DNA of 64,000 nt, taken from Epiperipatus broadwayi. Its lineage: Eukaryota; Animalia; Onychophora. How positions within the stretch are numbered: position 1 is the stretch's first letter; every line of letters starts with the position of its first letter. The position numbers were made by a program, and so were the translations under genes. The stretch spans positions 15,438,001 through 15,502,000 of the forward strand of contig JAQFVV010000006.1 in the NCBI GenBank assembly GCA_028023455.1, given 5' to 3'. Under the pieces are notes generated by a model. The model ran no database searches. It was not told the DNA's origin and worked only from the letters and a program-made list of their open reading frames with translations. Positions 52,040 to 63,240 of this stretch are shown in pieces.

Positions 52040-53950
52040 GCAATCATTCCAGAAATGACAAATTTGAGGAGCATATGTCTACTGAGAAAGTTGATTTACA
52101 AGATGTTAGAGATATGCTACAGAGAGAAAGGAAGTACGTGAGAATTAAGAGCAAGAAGAATATATTAATAGTTAATTCAGTGGTTAAGAGTGTGATAGGT
52201 AGAAAGAATAGAGAATAAAAAATATAAGTGCATATCTGTCAGAGGATAGGATTGTAAGTATTAGGGTTTTGGAAAAAAAAAAAAATGAAAGTAATAATGT
52301 TACAGTATTGATGGGAACAAATAATGTTAAAGACTACCTGAAGAAACAATAAGGCATTTTAAAAAATGATTATATATATTAAAATAAAAAAGATGGACAC
52401 ATGGGGTTGGTGGGAATGTTACCAATGTTTGATGGTGGAGTAAATTTAACAATGAAATTAATTTAAGGCTAAAATGTTTGCTTAAGAATAACAGTATCAA
52501 TTTTTTTAGTTATGTATAAAATATAGAAATTTTTTTAAAAGGGATGGACTACAATTTATTAAAGGGAGGCGGAGATAAAATATTAGATGAATTAATTTAT
52601 AATAAAATTTTATTCTCCAGTAAAGTAAGGAGGTGGCGTGGGGATGGAATATATAAATAAGAATACAGATGCAATATTGGAGATAGAAATAAAAAGAGGA
52701 TATACTTATAATTGGGGAAGCAAATTAGGTAAATAAAATTGCAAATTAATAGATTGATGAATAATATAAAAATAGAAAATACTTTTTTATGATCAACGCT
52801 TGGATATAGTTATAGGAAAAGAATATTTAAAAAAAGAGATAAAAATGTTGATGTAAAGCTTTGTTTGAAGTATGTAATGAGATAGTAATATAAATAAGTG
52901 AATAGAATTGGATACGGTTTTTGAAATTGAAAGATTAATTTGTTAATAGCAGTAGAAATATATTGGAGAAGTGAAAAAGAATCATAGTTTTAGAAATGTG
53001 TATGGAAGTAAATAGATGTAATGATGATAACAAAGGAAAGGGATTATAATGATTATTATTAAGGACGTTTTTTGAGAAAGAAATTCTAAAGAACACATAC
53101 AAGTTAGTTTGAAATTGACTGAAGAAAAATGGGTTTATGATGTTATATATTTAGCTAATGGCAGTGGAGAGGATGTGAAAGAGTGGGATGAAAGGATTTG
53201 GAGATATAAAGGAATATATTTAGAAAAAATAACTGTTAAGTATTAGAGTGATATGGTCATCATATTAATCAAATTAAGACTGTGGAGAAGAGATCTAATT
53301 TTTAAAAAAATGTGCAAGAAAGATGGAATGAAAATTGGAAATTTAAATAAAAGGTATATATATATATGCTGTTGCAGTATGATCCAGAGTATTTGAAGTA
53401 AACTGTTGATTGTGTGATAGTAGATAAAGAGGAATTACGAAAGATATAAAGAATTAAAGTGTTTGATGAAGAAGGAGAAAGATGTAATAGCAATTATAAT
53501 TTTTATGTTGATAGAATTAGGAATATCTGAAAGATTATACACTGGGACTTGTAAAAAGATTGATACAGATAAATAGGAAATAAGCAAAAAGGTTTAGTTG
53601 AGTAAGTTTTGATAATATCTTGAAAAGGGTTATAAAAGATGATGAATTTAAAAGGAACGTTATAAGTAAATGCTTATTTCGAACTAAAAGCAAGAAAAAA
53701 AATGTGTGGAATGTATAAAGAGGCTAGTAAGAAATAAATGGAAGAAGTGAGATAAAGATTAGATGGAATAACATCTTGATGTAAAAATAAATAAAATGGA
53801 GTGAATTCAATAAGAAATAAACTGAGGAAATTAATAGTGCATGAAGGTAGGGCTGGGAAAACTTTTGTAGGTAAATGAAGAAAAATAAGAATGAAGACAA
53901 GGAAAAACTTGAAAAGATACTCAGTGAATCAGTATTAGAATTTTTGGGTA
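52040..53950 (+). mobile_element. Highly decayed LINE-like sequence
   Basis: Purine-rich pseudo-coding texture with a GTNNVK (esterase-like) and a GGV (APE-like) remnant. A similar fragment lies at ~33730-34240 (-). Clade not assignable. Confidence 0.35.
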
Positions 53951-54229
53951 AAGGGTTTTTGGTAAAGAAATATCTTTTAGAGAATATGATGAATCAAAAA
54001 GAGATTTATTTCTATATAATTATATATTTTGTTAACAATTAAGCGCCCCCAAAAAAATCCATGTATTAAATAAATAAATGTAAGAAATGGAATAAATGGG
54101 TAGAACAAAATGGATTACAGGATAAGAGATACTTGTAATTTTCTGGAAGTGCCGTAGTTATGTATTACATTGTATTATTATTTAACTATTACTAATTTTC
54201 TTCTTTTCTGAGCCATTAGTAATATCTGG

Positions 54230-54786
54230 TAATTAATGAATATACTTACAGAAAAGATAGTTTTTTAATATTCATCTTTATTACTGCCTAGCAGGCTTTC
54301 AATATATTCAATATATAATATTCATGGCGTATAATGATATGATTACAAATTCTTTATATCGGTGTTTAATTATTATTTAATAGCTATTCAACGTATTCAA
54401 ATTTAGATTTATTCAAATTGCACATTTCTTTGATATGGGTATGGTTGCTTTTCTGATGATGACAAAGGCAGAAATAGTGTGCACAGAGAAAAAGAACAAA
54501 AAGCAGAAGATCAAAGAAGCTTGTGCAGCAGCTAGGGACCATTTTTCTATCAGCAGAAAAGAAGCAAGCCTAACTATATGAAATGGGAAATTTGAATAAG
54601 TTTAAATTTAAATTTGAATACATTGAATAGCTTATTAGATAATAATTAAACACTGATATAAAGAATTTGTAATCACACCATTATATGCCATGAATATGAT
54701 ATACTGAATATATTGAAAGCATGCTAGGCAGTAGTAAAACTGAATATTAAAAAAACTAACTTTTCTGTGAGTATATTCATTAATTA
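54230..54786 (+). mobile_element. 5'-truncated Penelope-like element with inverted pLTR
   Basis: Arms 54230-54419 and 54588-54786 are inverted. The spacer 54468-54581 encodes AEIVCTEKKNKKQKIKEACAAARDHFSISRKEASLTI, similar to the 5330-5443 peptide. Confidence 0.7.
54686..54730 (+). ncRNA. Hammerhead-like motif, A3:U8 core, structurally complete
   Basis: TGCC ATGAATA T GATATA-ctgaa-TATATT GAAA GCATGC TA GGCA; stem III is the palindrome AGCATGCT. Mirror copy at 54285-54329 (-). Confidence 0.6.
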
Positions 54787-56048
54787 TTAAATAATTATTA
54801 TTATAAATAGTTTCAACTGTTACAAATAATAGTAATTTATTATCAAAAAATTCAGTATATAACAAAAAAATCATATAAAATATAAATTCCCATTAGAAGA
54901 ATGAACATTTTTTACGTTGCCGAAGATTTGCATTGCATGCTGTCCTCTATTCTTGAATATCTGTAAGGATAATTACTAATTACTACTATCACACAGGATT
55001 CTAAGTATCTTTTGTGGTACAGGATTGAGATTTTGATTGAATTATATTCATTGTAGAAAACGTAGACTCATATGATTGAGCTAAAAGCCAATATTAAATT
55101 AAATGTAACTTATACTTTATTTGTCCATTAAAAATTATTTTTCGGTTCTGAACTATGTGTTTTTAAAATTGTTATTTTGCAGGAAAAGAATTTCATTTTC
55201 CTCAAAGACACAGAAAATGTATTATTTGTATTTTCAATTCATTTGTTCCACATCAAGATTCCAAATGGATAACACATGAAGATAACTATTGACAAGGATA
55301 CTTAATCAGAAGGATGGGGGCGTAAAGGCACAACCCCATTAAATTCAAAATGAAATAAAAATGCATAGATATTTAAAAAATATTTTTGTGGGAACTTGAA
55401 AGTAAACATGGCACTTTGGGATTAGAATTGCTGTGATGTAATCATCCGGCAATAATTATACTAACACTTTAAGTTTGTTATTTTTTTAAAGATTAGCAAA
55501 TTTTATATTAATACAAAATTTTTTGGATAAAAAGATTAGTAAACAAAAGCAATTTTCGATATTCAGTTTATTTCATTTTCATCTTTTATTTACATCGTAT
55601 TCATAATAATTTTTTAAAATTAACTTAAATTCAAAAACTCATTTTTTACATATAAAGTTTACTAATCTTTAAAAAAAATATCAAACCTAAAGTGTTATTT
55701 CCCAAATTCGCAAAGTTAGAATAATTATTGCTGGACGTTTACGTCACAGCAGCTTTAAGCCGAAAGTGCCCGAAACTAATATATGATTCAAAAACACGCG
55801 ATGTATTCCATGAGTAATTAAGTATAAACATATTTTTTTACATAGAACAATTAAATGGATGAAAAACAACATTTATGTTCGTAAAAAAAATGATTGATAA
55901 TAATTAATTCATCAATAATTATTAAAACACAAGAGATAAAAAATTTAATATATTATCATGATTTTTTTTTTAATGTTATTAATTACTATTTATAATTTAA
56001 AATTAAAATAAAAAAATATTGTAGAATTTTTCATTAACATTTTTTCAC

Positions 56049-56230
56049 CCACTAAAATATATGATCCCCCACCAAAAAAGCGTCGGAAAGATGAACTTCC
56101 ACCTCGGGTTCATAAAACTGGGTCTGCGCGTAGTGAAGGTTTCTATAAAATAACGTCTAAAGAAAAGGAAGCCACAAGAATGAGGTATGCTCGGCATGTT
56201 AACATCAGCTCCGATGGTGATGTTTCACAG
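56049..56230 (+). CDS. SETD1: SETD1 exon with WIN motif (phase 1/0)
   Basis: STKIYDPPPKKRRKDELPPRVHKTGSARSEGFYKITSKEKEATRMRYARHVNISSDGDVSQ; GSARSEG is the WDR5-interacting motif. Confidence 0.92.
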
Positions 56231-57506
56231 GTAAATAATATTTTTTTGTCTCTTCTACACCCACTAACACTTTTTCTATGAGCATATAGGGTTAAAGCAA
56301 ACTGTAGATTCACTATTCCAAGAGGGAATGGTAATTTTTCTCACTACTAGTGACAGCTGTCTTGTATTGCAATTTTATTTTATTTTATGAATGCATATTA
56401 ATTTAACTCATTAATCTCTGATTCTCACCCTTCTGCTATAGCTAAATATTTATTTACTGAACAATAATTGTATAATTAGGATTTGGCTACGATTCTTTAA
56501 AATGCCATCTTGAACCCCAATTTTACTGTAAGGCCTTTTATTTAAACTTATCTGTATTTAAAGTTATTATCATTCATTATCACAATGTAATCATTATACA
56601 TATTTCTTTTTTTTTTTTTTCTCATTCTAGATATTTTTAGTGTTTTCTTTCTCTCACATATTTAAAATCTAATCTTTTTTATTTTTAACTCTTTTAACAG
56701 ACAGCTTTTATTATAGGTACCCACTGACTATTAAAAAAAGATTTGATTTAATTCCCGAATCAAAATTGATTAATTCTTCAAATGAATTTTTAACTTCTTA
56801 CAGGCAGATTAATATCTATATTTTTGGATAATGATTACAAGCCAAGTAAATGGAGTTATGTTTTTTTATTAGTCAGTTATGACAGCTTTTCCATCTGGTA
56901 AGAGACCTCAGCAGGGATGAAACCTAAACATAGATGTGAATGTGCTTTGGCTAATAAAAATGTAAATAGTTAGATATTATTTCTTAATCAGACGGTAATT
57001 AGCCATCTATACATATGCTGTTTAATCATAAAGTATGCAGGAAACTCAAAACCAAAGCGCAAGATAGAGACTTTGAAAAGATAAGAATGGCCATCTTATC
57101 TTTGTGATTGCATGTTAAGCCTATATAAACAGTAGTAAAAGAAAAAAATGTAAGGATATATATATATTAAAAAAAAAAAAAAATTGAAAAGTAAAATACA
57201 ATAATGGGTCTGAATCTTTTTATGCTTCTATTAATCCTGCGTCAGTTACTTTCATTTTTTTCTATTCAATGCTTCAACCATTTTATATGGTTTTTGTTCA
57301 GAAATATAATTTATATATATTAAGGTTTAATATTTTAAGTACAAGTATATTTTACAAACCTGGTAAAAAGTTGATTTGATTATAAATTTCTACGTATCCG
57401 GAATAATAACAATATGTATGCTTGTTAACTATAAATAGCATGACATTAATAATTGTATATTTCATCTTTGACTTTTTTGAAATATAGTAGTGATATTGAG
57501 GCTTGG

Positions 57507-57546
57507 CACAGCTGATGAAAGGAGTTTCTTTGAAACTGGTTCTGTG
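57507..57546 (+). ncRNA. Minimal type I hammerhead motif (C3:G8)
   Basis: CACAG CTGATGA AAGGA-gtt-TCTTT GAAA CTGG TT CTGTG; 5-bp stem I and GUU triplet. Confidence 0.55.
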
Positions 57547-58784
57547 AACCCTAATTGTTATAATTTATAATTTGGATATCATATAACAGCCTAATCAAAT
57601 AATGAGCTAACAGAGGGCGCTTAAATGCACTCACAATAAATATATTCATTTTGTATACTATTTTAATATATGTGCATATTTTATAATGCATAAAAAATTT
57701 TAACCTAAAAAACAGAAAGAGAAAAAAATAAGTAAATTAAATTACAACAATACATTATCTTTTATAATATTTAAAATAATTAAAACAGGATCAAAAATAG
57801 AGCAAACAATGTACAAATTTTTTATTTACACTTTTCCTTTATTGTCATATTTTAAGATACAGCTGCTTGACATAATTTATTAGAGATCATAAAAGTTTTC
57901 CTATAGTACGGATGAATTTTTTTAATTTTAGATGTGTCATTTTATTGTTTTGAGATGATATATTAATTATATTACAGATAATAATTTGATCTGAAAATCA
58001 AAGTGAGAAGTCCGCTGTAGTATTTGGATATCGTCTGTGCAAGACTTAATGAATTGAATTAGACGATTCAGGGTTGATTTAGATATATCGGATTGATACT
58101 TATCTGGAGTTAAAATAGATTAAAAAGCATTGAAGCTCAGAAGTTCAGGCAAAGACAATAGTTAATTGTGCATTTGAAGGGCTCAATTAGTATATGAAAT
58201 TTGGAAATATTTAAAAGAATGAAATTAAAATACTAGTTTTCTACTTCACCTTTGAGTAGTAAGTAATTTACCTGTACTTTACGCAAAACGAAATATAACT
58301 TTGTATTTGCATAATAAATAGAATTTACCCAAATTATTAAATAAATGCAGCTATTGGTTTATAGATTTTCACTAACTGATTACTTAAATAATAACCTGAA
58401 ATACACCAAAAATAATTATCTTTAAAGTAATATTTTTTCCCTTTTTGATGTAACAAACTGAACAATGACATTTTTTTTAATTCACCTGTTAGATCTTCCT
58501 ATTTTCGATAAATGTTATCGATTGATTGTTTGAATAGCTTTAGCCTACACTTTTGATTGTGTTATCAAACATAACGAATTTTTACAAATTTTCTCTACGA
58601 TCCGATTTTTCACAGAAATTTCTGTTTGAAAGTTGCAGAGATAAATATTATATGATACCATAAAATTAAAATACCATGGAAGCAATAAAATTGAGAAATT
58701 ATTGTATTATAAACAAAATTAAAAAACAAACAAACAAATAATTTAAACTTTTGCCTGAAGGTTTGTGATGATGGTATATCATTA

Positions 58785-59348
58785 GATGTGATATGTTGGA
58801 TTATTTTCATCATCTGTGAGTGAATGTTGTGTGTATAGCAAATTTTAAACTTTTCAAATACAAACAACTTGTTAGTAATAACACACAAATAGACAACACG
58901 GATTAGTAATTACATAACATTTTGAGTAGTATTATTCTCTACTCTTCTTCATGTGTTGCTGGCCTGATATGCACAGTGACAGTATTCACATAGAAGTTGA
59001 ACTCACACCTTTAGATTCTTGAATATCGAATTTAAGATAAACGCTCTAACCAACTAAACAGCTCAGTTGGTTTAGTAAACCGTTTGCCTTAAATGCGATA
59101 TTCAAGAATCTAATGGTGCGGTTCAACTTCTATGCGAATATTGTCACTGTGCATATCAGGCCAGCAACACATGAAGAAGAATAGAGAATAATACTACTCA
59201 AAACGTTGTGTAATTACTAACCTGTGTTGTCTATTTGTGAGTTATTATAACAAGTTGTTTGTATTTGAAAAGTTCAAATAAAGTTTAAAATTTTCTATAC
59301 ATTCAACATTCATTTATAGATGATGGAAATAGTCCCACATATCACATC
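58785..59348. mobile_element. Head-to-head palindrome of a tRNA-headed element with a hammerhead-like tail
   Basis: Arms 58785-59060 and 59062-59348 are inverted. Each starts at the centre with A-box (GCTCAGTTGGTT(T)AG) and B-box (GGTTCAACTTC) motifs. Confidence 0.75.
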
Positions 59349-60089
59349 AAATAATTTAAACATTTTTAAATTTTATATTTATTCATAAATTACAAATTTT
59401 GATACATACGGTTTCATACAATTGTATTTAAAATAATATAAAAGTAATTTCCCTATGAAAATTTATGCTTATGAATAAGTAAAAAAATAAAAACTCATGT
59501 CTATTTAATTTATTATATAGCATCCATTTGTTGCATATAATATATGAGAGGTATCTTTTTTTTTCCTATCAAAACGTATAAAATAAGTAAATGATGTGAT
59601 AATTTATTTTCAAAAGTTTATAAAAAATAATATTAATGAATTATAATGTGAAAATGCAAGTATATATCAATAACTGTATGCGTTCAAACATGGAATTTTT
59701 TGCATATGCATACATATATAGGAACTATTACTTGAATGAATTGCAAATTTCTTCATTTTTTTTTGAAGATGTTACTAATATAATAATTCTATTTACTAGA
59801 AAATAATTTTGGAATAATAATTTAGCAGAGATTTTGTTAATTTTCAAAGGTTAGTAAGAGAAAATATATATAGAAATTAATTTTTTTACCTTAATCTATG
59901 ACTATCAATTGCTAGAATACTCACACAGATTGTCCAGGTAAAGTGTGGAATTGGGGGAGGGGGGATCCGTTAAAAAATGTTGAGTTGAAAAAAATATTGA
60001 TTAAAAATCCCTCAATTTTTATTTACAAATATTCTGTTTCTTTTCGCTTTTTATTTCTTATGCATTGATATATATATATAATAATTATT

Positions 60090-60395
60090 TATCATCATCA
60101 ACCATCATTAATCCACTGCAGGATAATGGTCTCTCCAAGTTCAATCCATCTTCTCCAATTTCTAGCCTCTCTTCTCCACATCATCTGTGCACACTTTCTT
60201 ATTACATCCATCCATCTCACATGTGGTCTCTTTCTGGATCTTTTACAGTCTCTTGGAATCCATTTAAGATTTTAATTGTCCATCTGTTATCATTTTTTCT
60301 AACAATATGTCCAGCGAACTCTATTTCAATCTTTTAATTCTTTGAATGATGTCAGTAACACCTTTTTGTTCTCTTAGCCATGTATTGCATTTTTC
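60090..60395 (-). mobile_element. RTE-like LINE 3' fragment
   Basis: Minus strand ends ..RRRWIELGETIILQW.. followed by a (GAT)n tail. A shorter relative lies at ~20650-20735. Confidence 0.55.
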
Positions 60396-60401
60396 TGATT
60401 A

Positions 60402-60842
60402 AGCTAGAATATTCAGGCACTAGATCTAAAATATCAACTCAAAATCCAGCACTTATTTAATACGTAACATTTAAGTAGGAACTCTGAAATTTTCTGACAT
60501 GAAAATGTCTTTAAATTCAGCTATCTAACTTAAATAGCTATATGGGACTGAATTAAATTCAGATCTACCATATATTAATAGCCTTAGCATTGCCAAGGCC
60601 TTAAAGGTAAAATTATAATAATCAATAAAGCAAGTTATATATAGCATGTCATTGCTTTCATGAGCTTATATTTACAAATATGTAATATAGGGAGAATACC
60701 ATAGAACTATTTAAGTTAGATAGCTGGAGTTAAAGACATTTTCATGTCTGAAAATTTCAGAGTTTCTACTTAAATGTTACATATTAAATAAGTGTTGGGT
60801 TTTGAGTTGATATTTTAGATCTACTGTCTGAATATTCTAGCT
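60402..60842. repeat. Inverted repeat
   Basis: 60402-60540 versus 60706-60842 (GCTAGAATATTCAG.. / ..CTGAATATTCTAGC). Confidence 0.8.
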
Positions 60843-60888
60843 CCTCACTGAGGTGAGCCAAAAGGTCGAAACCAGTTTGGTCTGGGGA
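60842..60888 (+). ncRNA. Hammerhead-like motif with a closed stem III and a core lesion
   Basis: TCCTCA CTGAGGT GAGCC-aaaa-GGTC GAAA CC-agttt-GG TC TGGGGA. The triplet is GUC, but position 9 is T rather than A. Confidence 0.45.
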
Positions 60889-61983
60889 TGTTCTAGATAG
60901 AGATTTTAAATATTTTCTCTTAATGCACTTATCTATTAAGAGCTTGTTTGAGCTATTGGTACTCTCCCTCTATTACATATGTAAACCATGTACCCTAAAT
61001 TCTAATATATGTATACATACTCATCTAATATATTTGAAAATATGTCCCTAATATATTTATTCAATTTACAATGGCTCAATTCTTTCTTATTCCAGTTTTG
61101 AATAACCTTTTTTAAAATTTCATTATTTTTAATCTCTATCTTTTCATCATTATTATTAATTTAAACCTGGTAATAATCGTAAAACCTTTTGGAATACATT
61201 TTAATTTACCTATCATTAGCTTGTCAAATGATATCATTTTGATTTAAACACTTCTTCACATTTATATTTGCTGTTATTTCTCAAATAAAAGCATTTTGCT
61301 TCTTTGTTATTCTTTTTTTTTTCAAAAATCCTTTTTTTATCTTAGATCTCCAGTATCATACGCATATCAGCTTTAAAAAAAATATCTACAGTTTAACATT
61401 ACAATCATATACCTAATTGTCTGGGTAAATGTGAGCAGTAATTCTATTTATTTGCCTAAATTGATTTTTTTCCCCTTTTATTACTCAGTGGAGATTTAAT
61501 CGAGTAACTTTTAACTCATGGATTCTTCTATGTACCATTGTGCTAAACATACAGAGCGTTGAACATAATAATATTAGATATCATGTAAAATTAGAAATTA
61601 TTTGATTGGATTTCAAAAAGAATGTCCAGTTTTTTAAGTTGAATTTCTTTTATGATAACATTGTTTTAATAATTAGTTTTTCCCCTAATATTTTATCAAT
61701 TTTTTTTACAAAATATGCATATTTATTGATGAAAAAGTTCATTAAGAAATAATAATGTAGCTGAATTATAGCATAAATTATATTAAATTAAGAGAACAGC
61801 AGACTATAAGTGTAGTGCTCGAGTATTAATGCTTGATTATAGATTCTCTTTCGAAATACTCTATTTGTTACCAAATGGAGAACTCAACATAAAGATTTTA
61901 ATATAAGTGAATTTTTTACTTCGTTAATTAGTCACATGTATTTATTGTTATTTATTTATTTATTTTTTGGCAACGTTTTTTAG

Positions 61984-62112
61984 GATCCAAGTAACAAAAC
62001 TAGAAGTCAGATTCAGACATCTCGTGAGGCGCGGTCCAATCAGAGGCGATTGCTCACTTCATTTGGTGCTCAGGCTGATGTTAGCGATCTTTTGAAGTTC
62101 AACCAGCTCAAG
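61984..62112 (+). CDS. SETD1: SETD1 exon, RxxxRR helix up to the SET boundary (phase 0/0)
   Basis: DPSNKTRSQIQTSREARSNQRRLLTSFGAQADVSDLLKFNQLK, diagnostic of invertebrate Set1. Confidence 0.95.
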
Positions 62113-62929
62113 GTGATAACATAGTTTTATCTATATTTTTATTTATAATATTTTTTTAATTTGCTTATTGATAGTTTTAAATATATGTTTGTGTGAGTAA
62201 AATTAAAATAGTCCAATCCAGAGCAACAAACTCTCCAACAATCCCAAGGAAAAACATTTCTTTTATGTACTTGTATATACTTCTTATAATCAGACATTTG
62301 CATGAAGCAATTATTATGTATCTCTTATATATCACTTTATCTTCATAATGGATTAGTCCAGATTTTATCTTAGCTTGATCGTATTAAGCATTCATTGCCA
62401 TGGACTAATGGATATACAAATAGATAACGTAAGTCCAATGGCAAGAACGGACCAATAGATGATGATGTTCACTGAATCCGATTGCTGTCACTATGGATGA
62501 GGATCTAGCCATAAATAGTCAATCCATTTGGAAGTAAGAGCAGACAACAATTGTCAAAGCTGAACGGCAATATCCTAGTTGTCCACTATACAGTTAACAC
62601 AGTGAGGCAAGTCCATATTCAAGACTGGAAGCTGCTGATCCTAGAACAGATATGAGGCAAGCTGTCATAATACAACCGGCAGTGTCACTGTGCCTATTCA
62701 TGAGGCAAGCTGTCAAAGTAAGCCTGAAAGTGGTAGGTAAACTTATAAGGATACCTGAAGTCTTCTTTCTATAGTTGCATGGCAAAATAGGAGCTATATC
62801 TTGCTAATGGTAGTAGGCAGAGATATAATTGGTTATATTGTAAATACACATTTTATATTAATACATATATATTAATCGTATTTATATGAGTTTGTGTTTA
62901 TATATAATCAAGCAAAAACACAACAGTTT

Positions 62930-63240
62930 GGTGCAGTTGACGGGATTGGCACTCGGATCTTTTTTTCTCTTGCTTTTCTACAGCTTGCTTTATTCTTTTT
63001 TAATATTCGTTATCATCCTTACAGCTATCTCTCAGTTTCCTTTTTTATTTTTTAAATTTTTTAATAATATGTCTCATGATTTTTCTGCCTCTAAGAATAT
63101 ATTTTGCCCATTTTTCTCAAGTATTCTTTTTTACATCTTTTATCTATTCATCTTTCAAGTATTTTTCTACATCAATATCTTATTAGTTTTCTTGGGATTT
63201 TTTTTATAATCCATATTTCTACTTTGTACAAAGGTTCAAA
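62930..63240 (-). mobile_element. Decayed RTE-like LINE fragment
   Basis: LYKVEIW (LYGSETW-like) remnant and purine-rich pseudo-coding texture on the minus strand. Confidence 0.35.

Larger units (their letters stand above)
49009..56048 (+). other. U12-type (minor spliceosome) AT-AC intron, 7040 bp
   Basis: 5' site ATATCCTTTT, branch-site-like TTCATTAAC at 56030-56038, terminal AC at 56047-56048. The join restores the frame (HT-S-TKIYD). Confidence 0.9.

Noticed and set aside
62600-62720. Repeated TGAGGCAAG(C)TGTCA motif with ~60-bp spacing (CRISPR-like look)
   Set aside because: Only 2-3 short imperfect copies in a eukaryotic intron, with no cas genes; probably a TE-internal repeat.
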